Notes: generated from the letters alone by a model not told the origin. A stretch of DNA of 58,712 nucleotides from Candidatus Heimdallarchaeota archaeon (GCA_016840095.1 JAEOSZ010000114.1:1-58712), one strand, 5' to 3'. Positions 35,989 through 46,162 are shown, numbered from the stretch's first letter. Numbers and translations: made by a program.

Positions 35989-37017
35989 ATGATGGAGAAT
36001 TTAGTTTTACAAAAAGATCAATTTCCTGATTTCATTAAGGGATTAACTTCAAATCATATAGTATATGGACCTGTCAAAGAAGATGGATTTTCATTATTTA
36101 AAAATATCAAAGAAGCTGGAGAATTAAATCTAAAATACTTACTCACCCGAGTTTCTCCAAAATCTTTAATCTTCAAGCAAACAGAAACTCTATTCAAGTT
36201 TACTCCTGGAAGAAAAGGATCTGTTTCATCTTCAGAGATTTATGATGAAAAGAGTATAATCTTCGCAATCAGACCTTGTGATGCTAGAAGTTTCAAGATA
36301 CTTGATCCAGTGTTTAATGGTGATTTCGAAGATCCCTTTTACATATCTAAACGTGAAAACACCATTCTCATAGGACTCACTTGCAACAAACCAGAGAGAA
36401 ACTGTTTCTGCACATCATTTGATGATAGTCCAGGTTCAACTGAAAATGTTGACATCTTATTCACAGATTTAGATAATCGTTTTTATATTGAAGTTGTAAC
36501 TGAAAAGGGTAAGAACCTTATTGAACCAATGAGTAAACTTCTAGCTAAATCATCTTCAGATGAAGAAGAAGCAAAGAAAATTATTGTAAATAGTTCAGTA
36601 GAAACAATCTCAAGAGAAATGAACCTAAAAGGGATAGTACCAAAACTTGACGGTATGTTTGATCATGAACTTTGGTTCAACACAGCTTTGAAATGTATTG
36701 GTTGTGGAATTTGTACTTTCTTGTGTCCAACTTGTCATTGCTTTGATATGCAAGATGAAAGCACTTTGAGAGAAGGTGCAAGAATTCGAGTTTGGGACTC
36801 TTGTATGTATCCTGAATATACGCATCATGCTTCTGGTCATAATCCACGTCCATCAAGAATGAATAGAGTTCGAAATAGAGTATATCATAAGTTTAGTTAT
36901 TTCCCCAAGAATGAGGATGTTACGGCTTGTACGGGATGCGGAAGGTGTATAGACTTTTGCCCAGTCAATATCGATATTATTGACTTGATTGAAAAGGTGG
37001 AGGTTTTGGCAAAATGA
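35989..37017 (+). CDS. FlxB-like (AsrA/HydB family) 4Fe-4S protein
   Basis: RPCD, CFC, CIGCGICTFLCPTCHCF, WDSC, CTGCGRCIDFCP. Confidence 0.85.
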   Translation: MMENLVLQKDQFPDFIKGLTSNHIVYGPVKEDGFSLFKNIKEAGELNLKYLLTRVSPKSLIFKQTETLFKFTPGRKGSVSSSEIYDEKSIIFAIRPCDARSFKILDPVFNGDFEDPFYISKRENTILIGLTCNKPERNCFCTSFDDSPGSTENVDILFTDLDNRFYIEVVTEKGKNLIEPMSKLLAKSSSDEEEAKKIIVNSSVETISREMNLKGIVPKLDGMFDHELWFNTALKCIGCGICTFLCPTCHCFDMQDESTLREGARIRVWDSCMYPEYTHHASGHNPRPSRMNRVRNRVYHKFSYFPKNEDVTACTGCGRCIDFCPVNIDIIDLIEKVEVLAK

Positions 37018-37853
37018 CTGTAAATCCTTATAGTCCAATATCGGCAACAATCTTGGAAATACGAGAGGAAGCTATTGGAGAGAGACCAATTAAGACTTTC
37101 AAATTAGTATTTGATGATCAAGAAGAAATGAAGAATTTTGATTTTATTCCTGGACAGTGTATAATGGTTAGTCTATATGGTTCAGGAGAATGTTTCTTTG
37201 CAATTTCATCATCACCAACTCAGAAAGATTATCTAGAAGTTAGTGTATTGAGGTTGGGCAAAGTTACATCTGAATTTCATCAATATGCACCAGGGGATTC
37301 TGTAGGATTAAGAGGTCCATATGGAAACCATTTCGATGTCAAAGGTTGGGAAGGAAAGAATCTATTGTTTATTGGAGGAGGAATAGGACAAGCCCCACTT
37401 CGGTCAATAATTAATTATGCGATAGATAATCGAGATAAATATAATGATTTAACTATCATTTATGGAGCAAGATCTACAAGCGATTTGTGCTATAAAGATG
37501 AATTTATTGAATTAAAGAAAAGAGATGATGTAAATGTACATCTCTCAATAGATGTTGAAGAAGAAGGGTGGGAAGAATTTGTTGGTTTTGTGCCCGATAA
37601 TCTCAAACAACTGGATCCTTCTCCAGAAAATACTATTGCGATTACTTGTGGTCCTCCAATAATGATCAAATATGTAATTCAGAATTTAATTGAACTTGGG
37701 TTCAAAGACGAACAAATATTCACTACATTGGAAATGAGAATGAAATGTGGTGTTGGTGTTTGTGGACGCTGTAATATTGGAAATCTCTATGTCTGTAAAG
37801 ATGGTCCAGTCTTTTCGTATGAGCAGCTAAAAAATCTAGAAGGAGATATGTAG
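37014..37853 (+). CDS. FlxA-like (AsrB/HydG family) FAD/NAD(P)-binding 2Fe-2S protein
   Basis: PGQ, RGPYG, GGGIG, CGPP, EMRMKCGVGVCGRC..CKDGPV. Confidence 0.87.
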   Translation: MTVNPYSPISATILEIREEAIGERPIKTFKLVFDDQEEMKNFDFIPGQCIMVSLYGSGECFFAISSSPTQKDYLEVSVLRLGKVTSEFHQYAPGDSVGLRGPYGNHFDVKGWEGKNLLFIGGGIGQAPLRSIINYAIDNRDKYNDLTIIYGARSTSDLCYKDEFIELKKRDDVNVHLSIDVEEEGWEEFVGFVPDNLKQLDPSPENTIAITCGPPIMIKYVIQNLIELGFKDEQIFTTLEMRMKCGVGVCGRCNIGNLYVCKDGPVFSYEQLKNLEGDM

Positions 37854-37861
37854 GTGGTATT

Positions 37862-39808
37862 ATGAAAATAGGTGTATATGTATGTGAATGTGGGATTAAT
37901 ATTGGTGCAACTGTCGATGTACCAGAAGTTGTAGAAAGAATAAAATCACTTCCAAATGTAGAAATTAGCCGTTATAATAGATACACTTGTTCTGATCCTG
38001 GTCAAGAATCAATCAGGAAAGATATTAGGGAACTTAATCTAGATAGAGTTGTTGTTGCTTCCTGTTCTCCTCGAATGCATGAATCTACATTCAGGGGGGT
38101 TGTTGAAGAAACAGGTATCAATCCCTATTGTTTCGAAATGGTCAATATTCGAGAACATGTTTCATGGGTTCATAAAGATAAGGAAAAGGCAACCGAAAAA
38201 GCTTTTGAACTTATTTCTGGAGCAGTAGCAAGAGCACAATTTCTTGAACCTTTAGAACGAAAAGAAGTTAGTGTTATTCCAAAATCATTAGTGATTGGTG
38301 GTGGAGTATCGGGTATTCAAACAGCTCTAGAAATCGCTAATGATGGTTTTCAGGTTTATCTAGTTGAGAACTATCCAAGCATAGGAGGAAGGATGGCACA
38401 ATTAGATAAAACTTTTCCAACACTTGACTGTTCAGCTTGTATTTTGACTCCTAAAATGGTAGATGCTGCAAGACATCCAAATATTGAACTCATGACCTAT
38501 TCAGAAATTGAGAAAGTTGATGGTTATATTGGTAATTTCAAAGTTACTGTAAAGAAGAAACCTAGGTATGTTGATGTTGAGAAATGTGTTGGATGTGGAT
38601 TATGTGCTGAAGCATGTAGATTGAAAGGTAGATCTCTAAATGAATTTGATGAAAATCTAAGCAAAAGAAGCTCAATCTATGTTCCATTCCCTCAAGCTGT
38701 TCCATTGAAATATACTGTTGATCCAAATCGATGCAATATGCTAAAACATGGAAAATGTGGAGATGAACTACTCTGTGTTGCTGCATGTGAACAAAATGCG
38801 ATAGATTTCGACCAGAAAGAAGAGTTAGTTGAGATAGATGTTGGAACAATAGTTGTTGCAACTGGATTTGATAATTATGATCCTTCAAATGATTTAGAAT
38901 ATGGATATGGTGAATTAGATAATGTCATCACTGCTATGGAATTTGAGAGGATTGTAAATGCAGCAGGACCAACTGAAGGACATCTCGAAATTAATGGTAA
39001 GGAACCAAATAATGTAGTATTCATCCAGTGTGTTGGATCACGTGACAAAGAAGGACATGAATACTGCTCTAGAGTTTGCTGTATGTATACTGCTAAGCAA
39101 GCTCACATGGTTAGAGACAAATATCCTGACTCTGATGTAACGGTATATTTCACAGACGTCAGAGCTTTTGGAAAAGGTTTCGAAGAATTTTACAATCGGG
39201 TCAAAGATGAAGATATAATTTATAGAAGAAGAGATCTTGATGATTCAATTCAAGTTGTTGGCAATGAAGAAGGAGTGTTAGTTAAAGCTGAAGGACATCC
39301 TGATATTCATGCAGATTTAGTTGTTCTAGCCACAGGTTTAGTACCCAGAAATGATACTAAAGAGCTTGCCAGAAAACTCAACATAAGTTTGAGTGGTGAT
39401 GGCTTTATGCTAGAAGCTCATCCCAAGTTACGTCCTGTAGATACTTTTACTGATGGAATATTCATAGCTGGTTGTTGTCAAAGTCCCAAAGATATTCCAG
39501 ATTCAGTTGCACAAGCAAGTGGTGCAGCTGTTAGAGCTGCAGCTCCATTAGCACAAGGAAAAGTTCTAGTGGAAGCTATAACTGCTAAAATCAATGATGA
39601 TTTGTGCAGTGGATGTCGAATTTGTGAGAAACTCTGTGCCTATTCAGCATTAGAATATTCTAGTGAAGACAAGATAGTGAAAATTAATGATGTGTTGTGT
39701 AAAGGCTGTGGAAGTTGTGCAGCTGCCTGTCCAACGGGTGCAATAACTATGCAGCACTATAGCAATAAGCAAGTGCTTGCTCAAATAGGAGGTATTCTTT
39801 CAAAATAG
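37862..39808 (+). CDS. hdrA: Heterodisulfide reductase subunit A (FAD, 4Fe-4S)
   Basis: YVCECG, GGGVSG, KTFPTLDCSAC, CVGSRD...YCSRVCC, plus inserted and C-terminal ferredoxin domains. Confidence 0.95.
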   Translation: MKIGVYVCECGINIGATVDVPEVVERIKSLPNVEISRYNRYTCSDPGQESIRKDIRELNLDRVVVASCSPRMHESTFRGVVEETGINPYCFEMVNIREHVSWVHKDKEKATEKAFELISGAVARAQFLEPLERKEVSVIPKSLVIGGGVSGIQTALEIANDGFQVYLVENYPSIGGRMAQLDKTFPTLDCSACILTPKMVDAARHPNIELMTYSEIEKVDGYIGNFKVTVKKKPRYVDVEKCVGCGLCAEACRLKGRSLNEFDENLSKRSSIYVPFPQAVPLKYTVDPNRCNMLKHGKCGDELLCVAACEQNAIDFDQKEELVEIDVGTIVVATGFDNYDPSNDLEYGYGELDNVITAMEFERIVNAAGPTEGHLEINGKEPNNVVFIQCVGSRDKEGHEYCSRVCCMYTAKQAHMVRDKYPDSDVTVYFTDVRAFGKGFEEFYNRVKDEDIIYRRRDLDDSIQVVGNEEGVLVKAEGHPDIHADLVVLATGLVPRNDTKELARKLNISLSGDGFMLEAHPKLRPVDTFTDGIFIAGCCQSPKDIPDSVAQASGAAVRAAAPLAQGKVLVEAITAKINDDLCSGCRICEKLCAYSALEYSSEDKIVKINDVLCKGCGSCAAACPTGAITMQHYSNKQVLAQIGGILSK

Positions 39809-39817
39809 GAGTTGATT

Positions 39818-42800
39818 ATGATGAAAGTAGGAGTATATGTATGTGAATGTGGGATCAATATAAGTGCGACAGTAGATGTAGAGAAAGTTGCTGAAGTAGC
39901 TAAAGATTTTCCCAATGTTGAAGTGAGTAGGTTTTACAAGTACATGTGTTCTGATCCAGGTCAAGAACTGATTAAGCAAGATATCGATGACTTGCAGCTG
40001 GATAGAATTGTAGTTGCATCCTGTTCTCCTCGAATGCATGAACCAACATTTAGAGCAGTTGTTGAAGATAAAGGAATGAATGCTTATTGTCTTGAAATGG
40101 TCAATATCCGAGAACAAGATTCTTGGGTTCATAAAGATAAGAAATCTGGAACAGAGAAAGCAATTGCTTTAGTAAGAAGTGGAGTTCTCAAAGCATCTCT
40201 TCTCAAACCTTTAATCAAGAAGAAAGTAGGAGTGACTCCAAATGCCTTAGTAATTGGTGGAGGAATAGCAGGCATTCAAGCAGCTTTAGATATAGGGAAT
40301 ATGGGTTTTCAAACATATCTAGTAGAAAAAACTCCAAGTATAGGAGGGGTAATGGCTCAATTAGACAAAACTTTTCCAACTTTAGATTGTTCAGCTTGTA
40401 TCTTGACACCTAAGATGGTAGATGTTGCACGTCATCCTAACGTTGAATTAATGACATACTCAGAAATTGAAAATGTTGAAGGTTATACAGGTAATTTCAA
40501 AGTAACAGTTAAGAGAAAAGCTCGTTATGTTGATGTAACCAAATGTACTGCTTGCGGTGATTGTACAGAGAATTGTCCCGTAATTGAACTAGATGATTAC
40601 AATGCAAATATGATGGATAGGAAAGCAATCTATATTCCGTTTCCACAAGCTGTTCCTCAGAAGTATACAATTGCTAAAACAGATGAATACTCACCATGCA
40701 AGGTAACTTGTCCTGCTAATAATAACGCTCAGGGCTATGTCCAACTTATTGGTATGGGTAAATTCAAAGAAGCACTTGGAGTAATTCGTGATAAGAATCC
40801 TTTCCCATCCGTTTGTGGAAGAGTTTGTCATCATCCTTGTGAAGAGGTATGTAAAAGAGCGGATATCGATGAACCAATTTCTATCATGCAGCTGAAGAGA
40901 TTTGCAGCTGATTATAATAGAACTCATGATGAACCAACTCCTGAGGTAATCGAACCAACACAGAAGGAAAAAATTGCCATTATAGGTGCAGGACCTTCAG
41001 GTTTATCTTGTGCAATAAGATTACTTGAGAGAGGATATTCAGTTACTGTTTATGATGAAACAGATGTTCCTGGAGGTATAATGACCAGTTGTCTACCCTC
41101 ATATCGTCTTCCTGTAGAAATTGCAATGTATGATATTAATCGACTCTTAGAACAGGGTATAGAACTTATTAAGAATACTAAGGTAGGAAGAGACATTTCT
41201 TTTGATGAAATCCGCAAAATGTATGATGCAGTTTATGTAGGAATAGGAGCTCAACTTCCAGCATCTCTATATGTGGAAGGATCAGGCGTTTCAGGAATTT
41301 TACAAGGAATGACATTCTTGAAGGAAGCTAAAGTTGGTATAAAATCCCCAGAATTTGGCGAGAAAATTACTGTAATCGGTGGTGGAAATGTTGCCATGGA
41401 TTGTGCTAAAGTTGCTTTGAGAATGGGTGGAGTTAAAGAAGTTAATGTTGTATGTCTTGAAACCAGAGACCTCGCACTAAAAGATAGGATGCCAGCAGAC
41501 ATCTGGGAAATTGAAGAATCAGAAGAAGAAGGAGTTATTTTCTACAATGAATTAGGTCCGAAGAAAATTGTTAGTAAGGGTGGAAAAGTTACAGGTTTAG
41601 AAACTATGATTTGTACTTCAGTCTATGAAGAAGATGGATCATTTAAACCAGAATTTTGTGATGATCCTGCACCAATTATTGAGTGTGATACAATTATCTT
41701 TGCAATAGGACAAAAATCTGACCTTACAGGGTTTGAATTATTAGAGACCAATCCAGGAGGTCAAACTCTAAGAGTAGACCCAATAACATTTGAGACAAGT
41801 GTTCCCGGAGTATTTGCTGGAGGAGACATAGTACCTGGAATTCCTTCAGTTGTAAATGCTATCGGAACTGGAGCTGAAGCAGCTGTTTCTATTGATAGAT
41901 ATCTCAAAAAAGAGGATATTAGAGGTGGAAGAGTTAGAGATATTACCAAAATTGATGTTGTTAGATTAGAGAAAGATAAACGACCTCGTATGAAGATGAA
42001 TCGAGCTCCAGTAGAAGAAAGAATAAAGGATTTCAGAGAAATAGATTTAGGTTATACTGAAGAACAAGCAGTACAAGAAGCTCTAAGATGTATATCTTGT
42101 TCAATCTGTTCTGAATGTATGCAATGTGTTGAAACATGTCAAGCAGAAGCTATTAATCATGAACAAGAACATGAATACATAGACCTAGATATTGGGGCAA
42201 TTGTCGTCGCAACAGGATTTGATAATTTTGACCCATCTACTAAACCTGAGTATGGTTATGGAAAAACACCAAATGTCATAAGTGCGATAGAATTCGAAAG
42301 GCTAGTTTCTGCATCTGGACCTACCTTAGGTCACATAGAAATTAACGGAAAAGAACCAGAAAATGTTGTATTTATTCAATGTGTAGGATCACGTGATAAA
42401 GAAGGACACGAGTATTGTTCACGAGTGTGCTGTATGTATACTGCTAAACAAGCTCACATGGTTAGAGATAAATTACCAAATTCAAAATTAACAGTTTATA
42501 ATACCGATGTAAGGGCTTTTGGTAAAGGCTTCGAGGAATTTTACAATCGGGTTCAAGCTGAAGATATTGATTATCGACGACGAGAATTAGAAGATGCCAT
42601 TGAAGTTGTAGGTAATGAAAAGAGTGTAATTGTTAAAGCAGAAGGTCACCCAGATATTCATGCAGATCTTGTTGTATTAGCAACTGGTTTAGAACCTCGA
42701 GAAGATTCAAAAGAGCTATCCAGATTACTCAATATCAACATGAGTGAGGATGGATTTTTCTTAGAAGCACATCCGAAGCTTAGACCTGTAGATACCTTTA

Positions 42801-43177
42801 CCGATGGTGTGTTCTTAGCTGGTTGTTGTCAGAGTCCAAAAGATATACCTGATACAGTAGCTCAAGCAAGTAGTGCAGCTTCAAGAGCTTGTAACATTCT
42901 ATCACAAGATGAGTTAGAAATTGAAGCAACAGTTGCACAAGTTGATGAAGAGCTATGTAGAGGTTGTGGATTCTGCGTAGAATCATGTCCATACTTAGCA
43001 ATTGAACTAAAAACAATCAATCAATATGGCTATGAAACAGAAGTAGCTTTTGTTAATGAAGCTCTGTGTAAAGGATGTGGAAGTTGTGCTGCAGCTTGTT
43101 TGAATGCAGCTATCAGTCACCTAGGATATACAGACGATCAAATACTTGCACAAATTAAAGCATTAGGAGAAAGATAA
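39818..43177 (+). CDS. HdrL-type HdrA carrying an inserted GltD/NfnB-like FAD/NAD(P) oxidoreductase module
   Basis: All HdrA motifs plus an insert with PCKVTCP..CGRVCHHPCEEVC, GAGPSG, GGGNVAMD and FAGGD. Confidence 0.9.
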   Translation: MMKVGVYVCECGINISATVDVEKVAEVAKDFPNVEVSRFYKYMCSDPGQELIKQDIDDLQLDRIVVASCSPRMHEPTFRAVVEDKGMNAYCLEMVNIREQDSWVHKDKKSGTEKAIALVRSGVLKASLLKPLIKKKVGVTPNALVIGGGIAGIQAALDIGNMGFQTYLVEKTPSIGGVMAQLDKTFPTLDCSACILTPKMVDVARHPNVELMTYSEIENVEGYTGNFKVTVKRKARYVDVTKCTACGDCTENCPVIELDDYNANMMDRKAIYIPFPQAVPQKYTIAKTDEYSPCKVTCPANNNAQGYVQLIGMGKFKEALGVIRDKNPFPSVCGRVCHHPCEEVCKRADIDEPISIMQLKRFAADYNRTHDEPTPEVIEPTQKEKIAIIGAGPSGLSCAIRLLERGYSVTVYDETDVPGGIMTSCLPSYRLPVEIAMYDINRLLEQGIELIKNTKVGRDISFDEIRKMYDAVYVGIGAQLPASLYVEGSGVSGILQGMTFLKEAKVGIKSPEFGEKITVIGGGNVAMDCAKVALRMGGVKEVNVVCLETRDLALKDRMPADIWEIEESEEEGVIFYNELGPKKIVSKGGKVTGLETMICTSVYEEDGSFKPEFCDDPAPIIECDTIIFAIGQKSDLTGFELLETNPGGQTLRVDPITFETSVPGVFAGGDIVPGIPSVVNAIGTGAEAAVSIDRYLKKEDIRGGRVRDITKIDVVRLEKDKRPRMKMNRAPVEERIKDFREIDLGYTEEQAVQEALRCISCSICSECMQCVETCQAEAINHEQEHEYIDLDIGAIVVATGFDNFDPSTKPEYGYGKTPNVISAIEFERLVSASGPTLGHIEINGKEPENVVFIQCVGSRDKEGHEYCSRVCCMYTAKQAHMVRDKLPNSKLTVYNTDVRAFGKGFEEFYNRVQAEDIDYRRRELEDAIEVVGNEKSVIVKAEGHPDIHADLVVLATGLEPREDSKELSRLLNINMSEDGFFLEAHPKLRPVDTFTDGVFLAGCCQSPKDIPDTVAQASSAASRACNILSQDELEIEATVAQVDEELCRGCGFCVESCPYLAIELKTINQYGYETEVAFVNEALCKGCGSCAAACLNAAISHLGYTDDQILAQIKALGER

Positions 43178-43180
43178 AGT

Positions 43181-43672
43181 TTGAAATCAGTAATCATTGG
43201 ATTAGGAAACCCTATTGTTGGAGATGATGCAGTAGGCATCAAAGTTGTTGAATACATTAGGGATACTCTTTCTCTTCCAAGTTATGCTGATGTTATGGCT
43301 GATATTTCTATAGCAGGTGTGGGATTAGTTGAACTTTTTAGAGGATATAAACAAGTTATACTTATTGACTCTATTCAGTCTGGAGCGTTTCCAATTGGAA
43401 CAGTAAAATTACTTGCGCCAGATCAATTTTCACTTGCTTTGCACACTTCTGATTACCATAACATGGATCTATTTACAGCTTTAGAATTTAGTAATCAGAT
43501 GTATGATGATATTCCAGAAGAAATCAAAATTATAGGAATAGAGATAATCAGTCCTATAGAATTTAGTGATGAATTATCAACTGATATCTCAAAGAAATTT
43601 GAAGATATTGTTGATGAAGTGTATAAAATAATCACTCAAGAATTAGAAATGGAGATAAATCAAACAATATGA
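43181..43672 (+). CDS. Hydrogenase maturation endopeptidase
   Basis: GLGNPIVGDDAVG, LIDS, DYHN. Confidence 0.9.
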   Translation: MKSVIIGLGNPIVGDDAVGIKVVEYIRDTLSLPSYADVMADISIAGVGLVELFRGYKQVILIDSIQSGAFPIGTVKLLAPDQFSLALHTSDYHNMDLFTALEFSNQMYDDIPEEIKIIGIEIISPIEFSDELSTDISKKFEDIVDEVYKIITQELEMEINQTI

Positions 43673-43697
43673 AATTAGAATTTAAGGAGATAGAAAA

Positions 43698-44114
43698 ATG
43701 GAAGAATTTGAACCAAACATAATTGGATTCTTATGCAATTGGTGCTCCTATGCAGGAGCTGATTTAGCAGGAACCAGCAGAATAAAGTATCCCACAAATA
43801 TCAAGATAATACGCGTTATGTGCTCAGGCAGAGTAGATCCTGCATTTGTTCTGGAGTCATTGAAGAAAGGAGCTGATGGTGTACTTATTTCTGGCTGTCA
43901 TTTTGGGGAATGTCATTATAAATCTGGGAACTACAAAGCAAGTCGTAGAATAAAGCTTACTAAGAAGTTTCTGGAGGAGATGGGTATCGATCCTAATCGA
44001 GTTAGATTCGAGTTTGTCTCCGCATCTGAAGGAAATAAGTTTGCTGATATTGTTACAGATTTTGTTGAACAATTAAAGGAACTAGGTCCATTGACTTTGC
44101 AGTTAATACAATGA
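43698..44114 (+). CDS. mvhD: MvhD 2Fe-2S adaptor subunit (copy 2)
   Basis: FLCNWCSYAGAD, MCSGRVD, GCHFGECHY. Confidence 0.93.
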   Translation: MEEFEPNIIGFLCNWCSYAGADLAGTSRIKYPTNIKIIRVMCSGRVDPAFVLESLKKGADGVLISGCHFGECHYKSGNYKASRRIKLTKKFLEEMGIDPNRVRFEFVSASEGNKFADIVTDFVEQLKELGPLTLQLIQ

Positions 44115-44159
44115 AAGAGTAGCAGAAGAATTTTATATTACTTAATTTTCCTTAAGTCG

Positions 44160-45143
44160 ATGCCAAGGATATTAGTAACTGGTGCTAATGGATGTACAGG
44201 AAGGGGAGTACTACAGTATCTAGTTTCTAAAGGTTATACAGATGTCTTTGGTATGGTACGTAAAGATCCTAAAGATAAAATTTCTAATATCAATTATGTA
44301 GTTGGAGATCTAACTGATAAGAACTCAATATTCAAAGTTCTACGAGAGAATGAAATTGAGTCTATCTGGCATATTGCTGCAGCTGTTCATAGACATGTTA
44401 GGAAAAAGGATTTTGCAAGAGTTAATTTTGAGGGAACAAATAATCTGATCCAAGCTGCAGTAGATTGTGGAGTCAAGTCAATCGTTTTTGCAAGCACTAC
44501 ATCTGTATACGGAAAAATTATTGATTCTCCTGCATCTGAAGAACATAGAATCAAACCACTAGGTCTTTACTCAAAATCAAAGTACAATGCAGAAGTCTTA
44601 ACAAAACTCCTGTGTGAAGAAAATGGGATTAAGGGAAGTATTGTTCGAATACCTATAATAATGGGAAAACATGATCGTCATTTTTCCCCAGTTGTAACTA
44701 AATTAGTTAAAGCAAATATCATGCCAATTATTGGTAAACCAAAGCATAGAGTTTCCATAGTACACCCGTACGATATTGGTCAAGCTTTTGAAATTCTTAA
44801 TGGAAATGGTAAAGAGAAAATAGAGTGTTATAATATTGCTTCTTGTAATAGTCCATACAAAGAACTGATATTAGTCATAGAGAAACAACTTGTTGGTAAA
44901 AAGAGGTTAAAATATTATGTTCCATACCCGATAGTTTTTGCAGTATTTGCATTTTATGAGTGGTTTCATTGGTTAATCTTTCCGAAGAAACAACCTCTTA
45001 TTAATCGAGAATATGCGAGAATGATAGGAAAGGAATGGATTTTTGATACAGAAAAACTTGAGCAGTTAGGGTATACCCCTAAGATGAAACTTGAGGATAT
45101 TGTTAAAGATACAGTTACTGAAGAAGTATATCCTGTTTCATAG
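44160..45143 (+). CDS. Extended SDR NAD-dependent epimerase/dehydratase (3-beta-HSD-like)
   Basis: TGANGCTG, HIAA, NFEGT, YSKSK. Confidence 0.88.
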   Translation: MPRILVTGANGCTGRGVLQYLVSKGYTDVFGMVRKDPKDKISNINYVVGDLTDKNSIFKVLRENEIESIWHIAAAVHRHVRKKDFARVNFEGTNNLIQAAVDCGVKSIVFASTTSVYGKIIDSPASEEHRIKPLGLYSKSKYNAEVLTKLLCEENGIKGSIVRIPIIMGKHDRHFSPVVTKLVKANIMPIIGKPKHRVSIVHPYDIGQAFEILNGNGKEKIECYNIASCNSPYKELILVIEKQLVGKKRLKYYVPYPIVFAVFAFYEWFHWLIFPKKQPLINREYARMIGKEWIFDTEKLEQLGYTPKMKLEDIVKDTVTEEVYPVS

Positions 45144-45196
45144 GTCAATATTTCCTCTCTTACTCACAAAACTTTTGAAGAAGTCAAATCAATTCC

Positions 45197-46087
45197 ATGT
45201 TAATGAGTACTGAAATCATTTCTATTACAGATGATTGTATAGGTTGTGGAAGCTGTTCAGATGTTTGTCCGAGATATATCTTTGACATAGTTGAGAAGAA
45301 AGCTGTAACCAACCAAAATCTGTTTCGCTGTCATGACTGTGGTCATTGTGTTGCAGTATGCCCAGAGAATGCCATAATTCAACATAGAATGCAAGAAAAA
45401 ACTCTAGATGAAGATTTCCCCATGAGAGGTAAAACAATTACTTACGAACAGGCATTGGAAACAATTCGACAAAGAAGATCAATAAGAAGTTTCTCTGATA
45501 AAAAAGTTACTAAGGAACAGCTGGACAAACTTATTCTTTTGGGAAGATACGCACCTACAGGGCATAATGATAGGAAGGTATGCTATACAATTATCAATGA
45601 TAGAGAAAAACTCGAATATCTTTTAGATACAATGATAGGTTTGTTCAAGAAACTTAAGAAACAGCTGAAGAATCCTTTGTGGAACCTAATTGCAATTCTA
45701 GCTGGGAAAAAGCACACATTAGATCGAGCTAAAAAAAGTGAATACCGATTGGACAGTCACATCTATCATTGGGAAAGAGGCATTGACAAGGTTTTACATA
45801 GTTCTTCTACTTTGTTCCTGATTCATACACATAAAGATACTTCAGCTCCCATTGAAGACTGTAACATAGCTGCACAGAATATTGCTCTAGGAGCACCATC
45901 ATTAGGATTAGGTGCAACTTTTATTGGGTATGTACAGAAAAGTTGGGAAATGTCTAAGAAGATAAAAGTGTTATTAAATCTACCAAAAGATCATAAATTG
46001 CTTGCAGTATTGGCTATTGGTTATCCAAAGAATAAATATAGAAGACTAGTGCCCAGACCTGAACCTAGAATAAAAATAGTTTCTTGA
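45197..46087 (+). CDS. Nitroreductase family protein with N-terminal 2x[4Fe-4S] ferredoxin
   Basis: CIGCGSCSDVCP, CHDCGHCVAVCP, RRSIRSF, APTGHN, IGYP. Confidence 0.9.
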   Translation: MLMSTEIISITDDCIGCGSCSDVCPRYIFDIVEKKAVTNQNLFRCHDCGHCVAVCPENAIIQHRMQEKTLDEDFPMRGKTITYEQALETIRQRRSIRSFSDKKVTKEQLDKLILLGRYAPTGHNDRKVCYTIINDREKLEYLLDTMIGLFKKLKKQLKNPLWNLIAILAGKKHTLDRAKKSEYRLDSHIYHWERGIDKVLHSSSTLFLIHTHKDTSAPIEDCNIAAQNIALGAPSLGLGATFIGYVQKSWEMSKKIKVLLNLPKDHKLLAVLAIGYPKNKYRRLVPRPEPRIKIVS

Positions 46088-46162
46088 GGAAATAGCTCTT
46101 CTTAAGGAAAAAGTTTTAGTTAATAAAATCTATAGTATTAATGATTCACTTTAGTGATAATC

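Noticed and set aside
35989-37853. Anaerobic sulfite reductase asrAB
   Set aside because: There is no siroheme AsrC subunit, and the context with mvhD and hdrA fits Flx-like genes.
32080-44114. Selenocysteine recoding in HdrA, MvhD or a split VhuU, as known in some archaea
   Set aside because: The relevant positions are Cys codons (LDCSAC, CNWC, GDCHY/GECHY, DPCFAC), the ORFs are uninterrupted and MvhA is not split.
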